A stretch of 63,811 nucleotides of DNA, the filler included, from Conidiobolus incongruus B7586 (lineage: Eukaryota): NCBI GenBank assembly GCA_000697335.1. It is 20 parts of 20 records of this genome, joined end to end, with 100 filler letters (N's around TTAATTAATTAA, not from the genome) between each part and the next. Parts side by side here need not be neighbours in the genome. Positions count along the whole stretch, not along the records: positions 52,560 to 54,815 come from JNEM01003649.1; positions 54,916 to 56,272 come from JNEM01003650.1; positions 56,373 to 59,635 come from JNEM01003651.1; positions 59,736 to 60,841 come from JNEM01003654.1; positions 60,942 to 62,654 come from JNEM01003658.1; positions 62,755 to 63,811 come from JNEM01003665.1; 14 more parts are not named here. One strand, given 5' to 3'. The notes under the pieces are model-generated. The model made no database searches. It was not told the origin of the DNA and saw nothing but the letters and a program-made list of their open reading frames with translations. Shown piece after piece: positions 54,096-63,811 of the stretch; position 1 is the first letter of the stretch, and each line of letters starts with the position of its first letter. Both the position numbers and the translations under genes were made by a program.

Positions 54096-54815
54096 TATTA
54101 CTCTGTACTTTTAATAATGGAATTTTTTGCAATTCAAAATAAATAAATATTTTAATATATAATATATATAAATTAATATATAATATAAATTTAATGGTTT
54201 CTTTTATTATTAATAACTTTTTGCTATACTTTTAACAAAAATCTAATATTTAAAAAATAGTTCTTTTTATTAAAGACTAAAATTTAATATTTTATAAACC
54301 ATTTAAATTTTCTTATAGAAATTTTTTTTCTTGTAAGCTAGTTTTTTAATTACCTAAAGTAATTATAATTATATAAGTTATAATCTAAAGAATATACTAG
54401 ATGTAGTAGTTTTATCTAGTTATTTTTAATTAAAAAGTTTTTTATAACTTTAAATTTATATATTTTATAATTATCATGCAAAATAATAAGTTTTTTTAAA
54501 CTATATTAAGAATACTATTTAAAAATACATTTATTTAAAAAAGCAATATAAAGTTTACTATTAATTAATTTTCCTTTAGGAATTAAATAAAAATAGTATA
54601 TACTATTTTAATTTATTACAATAATTAATATATATTTATTAACAAAATATTTATTTAAATGGATTTATAAAAAAGTTAATTTAATTTAATCTAACATTTT
54701 AATTTATGTTTTAATAAAAAATTATATATAAGGATTTAAAATTCATTAATTATAATTATTCACTATAAAAGTTTAAACTTCTAATAATATTTTAGTAAGT
54801 TTTATTTAACAATAA
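54096..54815 (-). mobile_element. Mariner relic, 3' two-thirds with TIR
   Basis: Starts TATTACTCTGTACTTTTAATAATGGAATTTT; reverse complement is colinear with 43920-44638. Confidence 0.82.
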
Positions 54816-54915
54816 NNNNNNNNNNNNNNNNNNNNNNNNNNNNNNNNNNNNNNNNNNNNTTAATTAATTAANNNNNNNNNNNNNNNNNNNNNNNNNNNNN
54901 NNNNNNNNNNNNNNN

Positions 54916-56799
54916 CCTTCAGTTGTAAAGACCCACTTCTCCAGATCAATCATTTCAGGGTCAGAAAAGAGCAAATACAGATACTTCAAAGTCTCTGAAA
55001 AGAAAAAGCTCTCCATCACATCCTTTTGATTTTTAGATTTATCAGTATTATCCACATTCTGATATGTAGAATACCCACTTGGTGTCTTACTATATTTTTC
55101 AAAACCCTGAAATATTTTCCATCCATAATCCCTATATTTTTCATCTTTTGTAAATCGGTAACTGTAATAGATTGATTCTATCAGTTCAGGTCTTAAATAG
55201 TTTTCGGCATTAATCCATTTGAATGGCTTATCTTGGAAAAATTCGACTTTTTCAGGGACTAGATGGGTTTTAGTAGAGTTGGCAAGTGCGATCCCAGTTT
55301 TAACCAATTCCAATGCGAGTTTCGAGTATTTTTTCTGACCAAGAACATAGTCACCATACTGTAACATACCAGGGACGAATAGTGCTAAATGATCCATAAG
55401 AGATTCGAAATTGCCTTCTTGGTTCAACTCTCCCAAATATTTATATCCGTTGAAATCAGTTCGAATAAGTGTGGTAAGGCCTTCCATAGATTCTTCATAC
55501 TTTTCTTTAAATATCCTCTCCTTTTTACCTGTCAATACATACAATTTGATGAGGTACTCATAAAAGCTATCCCCTGTAGCTCCAAATGAAACAGCTTTTG
55601 TTCCGAAATCATTCGTATAGGAATTCATTTGCAATGGATAGAGTCCTTTATGTTCTTTGTACATATCAAATAACTTGAAATATACATTCTGAGTCTTTTC
55701 GGCATATTTTGTTTTCCCTGTGATTTGAGATAACCGTGTGAATTCTAATTGCAACGTCCCAACTTCTGCCAGACCTGGAGCCTGTAGCATGGGTTGAAAT
55801 TTAGAGTCAAGTTTATTCGAAGGGAAGCCATTCCAAGTATTGAATGCTGACAATAGATGGTCCCCTAAAACGATCGCTTTTTCAAGTAGTATCTTCTCAT
55901 TAGATAGATCGTAAGCACCTATCAAGCCTCCTAAGTATCTGATAGTGGATTCAAAAGTATTGATACTATCATGAGCCTTTGTAAAATCTATTTTCTCAAC
56001 TTGTTTAACGGCTTCATCAAATTCTTCGCCTAAATCCATTATCCACAACGTAGTTAAACTATCAACTAAAGACGCTCCCCAATTTTGATATCGCTCATGA
56101 GAAGAGTTTGAAAGTGGCTTGAGCTCATCTTTACCCCAAGCATACCTTTTATAACCCCTCCAGGCGTGTAAAAAGGCTTCTTTTACTTGATCCCTTCTAA
56201 TTTCGTTAATATTCAATTCATCAACTGCATCACCACTATGCCAATATAACTTTGATATATTAAAATAGTGAGNNNNNNNNNNNNNNNNNNNNNNNNNNNN
56301 NNNNNNNNNNNNNNNNTTAATTAATTAANNNNNNNNNNNNNNNNNNNNNNNNNNNNNNNNNNNNNNNNNNNNGATAGATCGTAAGCACCTATCAAGCCTC
56401 CTAAGTATCTGATAGTGGATTCAAAAGTATTGATACTATCATGAGCCTTTGTAAAATCTATTTTCTCAACTTGTTTAACGGCTTCATCAAATTCTTCGCC
56501 TAAATCCATTATCCACAACGTAGTTAAACTATCAACTAAAGACGCTCCCCAATTTTGATATCGCTCATGAGAAGAGTTTGAAAGTGGCTTGAGCTCATCT
56601 TTACCCCAAGCATACCTTTTATAACCCCTCCAGGCGTGTAAAAAGGCTTCTTTTACTTGATCCCTTCTAATTTCGTTAATATTCAATTCATCAACTGCAT
56701 CACCACTATGCCAATATAACTTTGATATATTAAAATAGTGAGCAGTTAATGAAGCCGAAATTATATTTACATTGATCAATATATTTAATTAATTTTCAT
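54916..56799 (-). CDS. GH47 alpha-1,2-mannosidase, apparently intronless; 3' truncated, internal gap with duplicated overlap, start codon out of frame as assembled
   Basis: AFLHAWRGYKRYAWGKDEL.P, FESTIRYLGGL, AEVGTLQLEF, DSFYEYL, LRPE..ES, MESFFFSETLKYLYLLF and TTE. Segment 55903-56272 equals 56373-56742. Confidence 0.9.
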
Positions 56800-58757
56800 T
56801 TTTAACTTAATACTATATTCATTCACTAATTTTCAATAATTGAAATGGTATATATACTTTTTCAATTCTAATGACGCCATACTCTTGTTAAGTAGCATGA
56901 AATAAGATCTGAGTATTTTTTATTAGACCGAAATTTAGCATATAATTTCCTTATAACCGATAACAAATATCAAACTAATCTTTAAAAAGAGTATTTAAAA
57001 TTCAAATGATTTGATCTATTATTGACATTGATTCAAAATAACTGTATTATATAGTTCTTCAGTATTTCGAAAAATAATAAACAGTATTAGAGTCATATTT
57101 ACTTTGTTATTTTGTTTGTTCTGAATAGTTTCGATTCCTTGAACACAAATATTTTGCAAGTCCTAAATATCCAAAGCATTGTTTTTTAAATCAATATTTT
57201 ATATCAATTATGGAAAGTATGATTTTTATTGTATAGTATTCAGACTAATCAGTTCATTATTTTATTCATTTTAGACATAATATAGTCAATAATTTTTAAT
57301 ATTTGACTATGATTATTCAATGAAAAATTTATAAATTATCACAATCCCGCTCCGACCAAGTTATACCGAGATCTTTTTTGAAAAATACAATTAACAAACA
57401 ATTATAGCAAGAATTATGGACTATTTAACTATTAAGCTTTCGTTAACAATTCTAAAAATTGATATTAAATATAAAATAATGAATTTTTGTAAAATTGCAG
57501 ATATTTGCAAATTATTAATTGACGATAAAAAATATGAAATTGGTAATTTGATAGAAATGGAGTTGCTTTTATTAAATATGTTATTAATCCTAAAAATTAT
57601 TTGAGCAAGATATAAATTTGTATTTATGCAAGCAATATTTTCATTAGATATATAATACAATTTGATATATCCACCTTATTGAGTAGAATAAATTGAATTT
57701 TATAACTTGTTTAAAAAAAGATATCATTTTATGTAATTGATGCCTACACAGTAAAATTTTGTTCGGTTTTTAATTTTATGATACAGTTTAAGATGATATA
57801 ATCAGAAATACTTATTTTAATATATATTATTTAACTGTAAATCCTAATTATAATTTTCTAATTTTATTATGTTTAATTGAATCAAATTTAAATATTTGGA
57901 TATAAAGGGAATATTTTACATAAAGTCATTAACATATTAAAAATATAATCGAATTGAATATAAACTATAATATCAAAGTGATATATACAAAATTATGTGA
58001 ATCAACACTATATACTGAACTAGTAATGAAAATTTATTAGAATATTAGAAAAGAATATATAGTCATATGGATTTTTCTTGGACAAATTGTATATTTTTGA
58101 ATAAATAATACTATTATGTTGTTCTACATGATCAAGAATGGTACTTTCTCTATTTGGAAAAATATAGCATTCAAATGAATCAATGTGTAATGGTTAATTA
58201 GCATCTTTCTAAATCCCAAATACATAGATATAAGATTGGTATCTATCTTAATCAGGTCATCAATTTTGACGAAATAGATAAAATCTATATTGAGTCGAGT
58301 ATTTGTGAAAATATATTATAATTTTTCATAATGAAATTTGTTGAAATTAATAAATAAACCAAAATTATCAAGTGTAAATTATCAAATATAGTTATATGAC
58401 TTTCAATTCACCAAGTGTAGGTGAACGCCTAGTTAACCAAAGTGAATAAAGAAAATCGGAATAGTAATTTCGGTACCTGATTTGAATTTATATCTGATTG
58501 TAAAGTTAGAATTTTTTATACTTGTTAAATAATTTAAAATATATTATTATACTAATTAAAAATTCTCAATATTCTGATTCATTATATACTAAGGTAATCA
58601 AAATTTTCTTTAATTATAATTTTATTTAAAAATCCCTGAATTCAAACTTTGAATTTTCTTATGCTTTCAAGCTCTATTTTCAAAATTTAAATATTCATCA
58701 ATATAATAAATAATAAAGAGGAAATAAAATTCATACTCAAAATTATTTAATAGTTGA

Positions 58758-59635
58758 TATTACTTTGTAATTTAAATAATGGGAATTTTTTGTGATTGAC
58801 AAAAAATAAATATTTTAATAAATACAAAGTAAAAATAAATATATATTATAAAATTATTAATTTCTTTTATTTTTAATAACTTTTTCTATACTTTTAGCAA
58901 AGTTCTAACAATTAAAAAATAGTTTTTTTTATTAAAGACTAAAATTTGATGTTTTACAAACCAATTAAATTTTCTTGTAGAAATTTTCTTTCTTATAAGC
59001 AAATTTTTTAATTACCTAAAATAATTATAATCATATAAGTTATAATCTAAAGAATTACTAGATATGGTAGTTTTTTCTAGTTATTTTTAATTAGAATATT
59101 TTTTACAGTTTTAAATTTATATATTTTATAATTATTATACAAAATGATAGGTTTTCTTAAATTATATTAAGAATATTAATTAAAAATAGTTTTATTTAAA
59201 AAAGCAATATAAAGTTTATTATTAATTAATTTTCCTTAAAAAATTAAATAAGAAAAGTATATATTATTATAATCTATAATAATAATAATTAATATTCACT
59301 TTTTAATATAATGTTTTTTAAAAAAATTTGTAAATAAAGTTAATTTAACTTGATTTAACATAATGATTTATATTCTAATAAAGAATAATATAAAAAAACT
59401 TAAGATTTATTAATTATAATAATTTGTTCAAAAACCATGGTTTTTAATTATACCTTAGTAAGTTTTATTTAATAATAACTACTCTAGCTTTTTTTAAGCT
59501 TTAGTTAAATTATAAGGTATTTATTTTATATTTTCATTGATTAATTTTAATTTAAATTTAAATTTAAATTTTAATATATATAAAATACTTATTTGACTGA
59601 TATTAAAATATATTAATAATTCTTTAATTAATATA
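58758..59635 (-). mobile_element. Mariner relic, 3' three-quarters with the best-preserved TIR
   Basis: TATTACTTTGTAATTTAAATAATGGGAATTTT terminus; colinear with the other copies. Confidence 0.85.
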
Positions 59636-59735
59636 NNNNNNNNNNNNNNNNNNNNNNNNNNNNNNNNNNNNNNNNNNNNTTAATTAATTAANNNNNNNNN
59701 NNNNNNNNNNNNNNNNNNNNNNNNNNNNNNNNNNN

Positions 59736-60841
59736 ATTACTAAGTAAATCTAAGACTTTAGTCTTTAAAAGCTTAATACCCTGTAAGAAACTTGTATTAT
59801 ATAACTTTTGATTCAAAAAACATGAATTAAAGAGTTTAAATACAATAAACTACTTATTTTACTATAGATAATATATTAAACCACCTCCTTAATATCTTTA
59901 AAGATAAATTAACTATTTATAATACTTTTAAAAACCTTTACAAGCTTAAAAAGACCTTAAAAATATAAAGAATTATCTTGATTTAATCACTAATAAAGAT
60001 TTAAAGAATATCTTTAAATTAGTTTGTTTTTTTTTTGAAAAATCTACTTATACTTGGTAGTTAACTTATTACAAGTTTAATCCTAAAGAATCTTTAAAAG
60101 GATAATTTATTATAAAAATATAAACTTTTAAATAATTTGAAAAACCATAAAAAAATATATTACTTACAAAATCAAGTTTGATTAATAATTGAAAAACTTT
60201 CTTTACTTAAATAAAAAACTTTTACAAGATAATTAAATAACAAATTTAGTAAGATATTCTTAAATATATTAAATATCACTAAAGAAAAATAAATCTACAA
60301 ACTATTATAATGATTTAATCTTTAAGTGAAGTTTTAATTAGTTAATGAAAAACACTTTGATAATATTTTTTTTTCTGACATTTGTGATATTATAATCATA
60401 ATTAATTATATCTTTTACTTTATAACTAAATCTTTATATCTTAAGAATTAATCCTTTAAAACTTATTATAACTTACTTAAATCTCAAATGATAAATGTTT
60501 TTGCTTTAAAGCTTTAAAAAAAAACCTATAGTAAAGAAGTTAGAGCTTATTTGAAAGTAAATAAAAGTTGTTATTATGGTTGAAAAACTTAAGTTAACTA
60601 TAATACTGATAAATATCCCTTAAAAAACAATATCTGTTTAATTCTCAAAAATTTTAATTTAAAAACTATTAATTAAGCTTGAATAATATTAATATAACTT
60701 TAAAATCACCCTTTTTATAATTAGTTAACAAGTTCTAATATAATATACAAAAGTTCTAATAGAATAATAATTCCACAAAATAAACTATATATACTAGAGA
60801 AATTTAATTAATTCAACCATTAGAAACTAGAAGTACTTAAG
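59736..60841 (+). mobile_element. Possible pogo/Fot1-like DDE transposase relic
   Basis: Same TA-rich, CpG-poor decay texture as the Tc1/mariner relics. Remnants resemble ...PP..IFKGK (near 59880-59910) and P..T...QP.D...F..LK..Y (near 60450-60530). Motifs are weak. Confidence 0.35.
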
Positions 60842-62445
60842 NNNNNNNNNNNNNNNNNNNNNNNNNNNNNNNNNNNNNNNNNNNNTTAATTAATTAANNN
60901 NNNNNNNNNNNNNNNNNNNNNNNNNNNNNNNNNNNNNNNNNTATATATATTAAAAATATATAATTTCCTATTAACTTTGTATATATTTATTTATTTCAAA
61001 CTAATAATATGTTTGAAAAATCAGATATTAAAAAATTTCCCATTTCTTCAAATTCAAGGTAATATTTTAATAAAAAGGCTGATACAAAGCTTATACCTAG
61101 TTTTTTATAATATCCTATAATATTTTGATTAATGATTTTGTCAATTAATATAATATTGAAAAATTAAATTTTAAATTTGAATATAATTTAAAGATTCCTG
61201 TATTATTGAAATACACTTAGAAATAATAATAATTTTTCTATTTTGATTTAATATAAAACTATTATAATTAATTATATAATTATTATTAATATAAAATTTA
61301 AAAATAATACTAAAATATTTAATATAATATATATTTAAATGAACTATATTGAACAACTATTATTTAATTATGAAAAAGCTCATATTATAAACACTTGGAA
61401 TTTATTATAATTAAAAATATAATGAAAGACTTATATGATTAATTTAGAATTAATTACTATAAAGTTAATCTAATTCAAGTTTGGTAATTCTATTATTAGA
61501 AAGTTGGTTAATATAGATAAATAATGATGATAATTAAGCTAATCTATTCAAACTATCAACTAATAAATTCAAATCATATTATATATATTAGTTTTTGATT
61601 AATATTCTTTTATTTTGAATTATTAAAGGATTAATAATTTTTTTTGATATATATAAATTTTAAAAATTTTTTATTGAAATTCACTAATTTTAAGTCTCAA
61701 TTTTTCAAAATAAATCTCACATTTTATTAATTTAATAAAATAGAAATCAAAGGAACTACAAGGATGTCAACTGGTTGTGATGGTTCAAGGGGATTAGCAC
61801 CTTATAGCATGAAAGAAACCAAATCAGGTATTAACATTGTAGGAGTTGTTTCTTCAGGTAGGATTGTTAGCATAGAAAAATATGAGTATTAAGGAAACTC
61901 TAGGACTATCGATAAAACCAATATTGTTAAAAGGAGACAGTCATTATCAGGAATATTGATTAGGAGCAGGAAGTGTAGATGATCAATAAGTATATAGATT
62001 ATTATACCAATCCTGATTATTCTGAATACCAATAATGACTGTAAAAAATAGTAATTCTGATGATAATGGTGAGATATTTGACAATGACAACATTGACTAT
62101 TTGAATATTATTCTGATAATATATGATAATGGCGATGATTACTGTTATGAAGAATATGAAAATGATTACAATGATGACTATTCAGACTATGGTGAGTATT
62201 TTGATATTAAAAGCTATTCATATTCTTCTGATTATTGAAGTTAAATTATCAAACATTCAATAAATGGCATATCCTTATTAAAAATTAATAATTTATTCAA
62301 TTTATACTATTATATTGACATATCTGAAATAAAGCTAAAAATAAGAGAGTTATTTTTATAATTTTTATTTGAAATCTATAAGATTAATAAGTATAATATA
62401 TACGTAGTAATATTCAAAACAAATTCTATAATTAAATTAATTAGC

Positions 62446-62654
62446 TCATAAGAAAAAGCGGCGTCTACTAGTTTCCATATCGGTCTAAATAAAATATATT
62501 AATAAATGATATATATAGGTGGTAAAAAAGTTGACATACCTTATGTTTCCATTCGTAATCACCATTATCAGGGTCAAAGGTACCCTTCTGAAGCCATCTG
62601 AGTTTAAGTGTAAATCTGGGTCCTATTTCCTGAAGATTGGCCCTCTCACCACTT
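62446..62654 (-). CDS. RPF1: Ribosome biogenesis Brix-domain protein Rpf1, last two exons (62654-62540, 62484-62446)
   Basis: LQEIGPRFTLKLRWLQKGTFD...GDYEWKHK / TDMETSRRRFFL*, with a GTATGT...TAG intron. Not in the supplied ORF track. Confidence 0.9.
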
Positions 62655-63285
62655 NNNNNNNNNNNNNNNNNNNNNNNNNNNNNNNNNNNNNNNNNNNNTT
62701 AATTAATTAANNNNNNNNNNNNNNNNNNNNNNNNNNNNNNNNNNNNNNNNNNNNAAATTTTTATAATTTTAGTTTTATATTTAATATTTTTATTAAATAT
62801 ATTATTGAAATTTTAATAATTATATTGAAAAAACAAAAAAGATATTATCATATATAAAAAATTTAAAAGAATTTATTTCTAATAAAATTCCTATTAAAAT
62901 CTAAATAAAAATATTTTAGAATATCATAAAATATCATTAAAATTAATATTTATTTATAAATATAATATTTAATTAAAAAAGTTTTAAGATTAATTTCATT
63001 TAATTTAATATCTTGTCTATTATTTTAATAAAAAATTATATAAAAAACTTTATATTTTATCAATTATAATAATTTGGTATAAGGTCCTTAATTTTCAACT
63101 ATATTTTAATATTTTTTTAATAATAGCTACTCTAAATGCTAGTATTATTTATATTTTAAAATTATAGATATTAAATACAAGCTATATCAAGTGATATTCA
63201 GTGAAAAAATAGAAAAAAATATATAAATCACATAGAATGGAGTTTATTATTTAATATTGGATATTATTGGCATAAGCTGAAACTA

Positions 63286-63811
63286 TTAAAATCCGCCAAC
63301 TAAACCAGCTTTTGAATCAACCAAAGTATCGTTATCACGTTTTTCTCTGATATGGTAATATGCAATTCCATCATTCTTATTTCCTTGGAGGTGAAGGCCA
63401 AAAACTTCTACAACCATGTGCAATAGTTCAATATCAAGGCCATCTGCATATAGCCAAGATGTAGGTTTACACTCATCAATCTTAAAACCCAATAAATTGA
63501 TGAAGGAATTGTCTTTTTCTTTCAGTATGCGATTGAAATTATGGATACACCCATTTTTGTTAACTCCAACACATCCTGTAGTTAAGATAATATTGGCCAT
63601 TAACTTTGCATGCTTAGATTTCAAATTTTGAGCAATAATCGATTCTAAATTACGAGTAACTTCCTGAATGCCTGTATCCAACCCATAGCCCATAGTATAA
63701 TGTTCACTATAACGAAGACAGATAAAGTCGTGGATATCAATGCCATACATTTCAGATACTGTAGCCTTGCTGAATGATGGAAGTTCCTTCAAGCATTCTT
63801 TTTTATAATTT
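63286..63811 (-). CDS. Hypothetical protein, C-terminal part (frame continues to the window edge)
   Basis: At least 168 codons open, with coding-like composition inside AT-rich DNA; no motif recognised. Confidence 0.6.
   Translation of the reverse strand, partial: NYKKECLKELPSFSKATVSEMYGIDIHDFICLRYSEHYTMGYGLDTGIQEVTRNLESIIAQNLKSKHAKLMANIILTTGCVGVNKNGCIHNFNRILKEKDNSFINLLGFKIDECKPTSWLYADGLDIELLHMVVEVFGLHLQGNKNDGIAYYHIREKRDNDTLVDSKAGLVGGF

Noticed and set aside
55903..56742. Apparent second GH47 gene (370-bp direct repeat)
   Set aside because: Identical sequence flanking a gap; most simply one gene with an unmerged overlap. A very recent tandem copy cannot be fully excluded without reads.
62035..62238. 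Acidic D/E/Y/N-rich 67-aa ORF
   Set aside because: Low complexity and not linked to a convincing upstream exon; may be the tail of a decayed gene but cannot be supported.
7425..62754. TTAATTAATTAA recurring 19 times inside N-runs, resembling a regularly spaced repeat or array
   Set aside because: It is a synthetic six-frame-stop linker used to join contigs, not biological. ORFs ending in X...N are artefacts of it.
2696..63631. Many 60-130 aa ORFs in the track that are I/L/F/Y/K/N-rich or antisense to real genes (e.g. 2696, 12618, 13078, 19409, 20246, 26183, 28688, 30559, 36296, 36532, 47155, 57416, 61171, 63416)
   Set aside because: Shadow frames of real genes or chance ORFs in AT-rich or microsatellite DNA; no motifs.
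1..63811. tRNA, rRNA, CRISPR arrays or prokaryotic operons/defence systems
   Set aside because: None seen by eye: no cloverleaf/T-loop context and no repeat-spacer array. The genes are spliceosomal-intron eukaryotic, and the EF-Tu is the nuclear-encoded mitochondrial form.

Overview
Eukaryotic, very AT-rich genomic DNA with short (about 45-70 nt) GT-AG introns. The gene content and style suggest an early-diverging fungus, possibly Zoopagomycota or Conidiobolus-like; this is inference. The window joins 20 contigs with 19 artificial 100-nt spacers (N-run + TTAATTAATTAA + N-run), so adjacency across gaps is uncertain, and two spacers duplicate their flanking sequence. Intact or gap-truncated genes: PRL/PTP4A phosphatase, a Yip1-domain protein, an alpha-arrestin, Cwf18, Elp6, Pam18, a class-3 lipase, mitochondrial EF-Tu, Coq1, septin Cdc12, a PSP1-domain protein, a GH47 mannosidase, Rpf1, a convergent pair of membrane-protein paralogs and two small secreted paralogs. 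These gene islands sit among AT-rich DNA that the ORF track misses. That DNA holds at least 3 Tc1 (DD34E, IR/DR-type) and 7 mariner (DD34D) relics, plus pseudogenes of CDK8, mitochondrial TrpRS and Rtr1. Two signals stand out. (1) The transposon copies were destroyed largely by independent C>T/G>A transitions, many at CpA/TpG; two Tc1 copies keep exactly the same 1017-nt reading frame. This is a RIP-like hypermutation signature in an apparently non-Dikarya fungus. (2) An orientation-specific TCCCATAA element lies about 80-150 bp upstream of five housekeeping start codons and one cryptic ORF, and forms an inverted pair in a bidirectional promoter.
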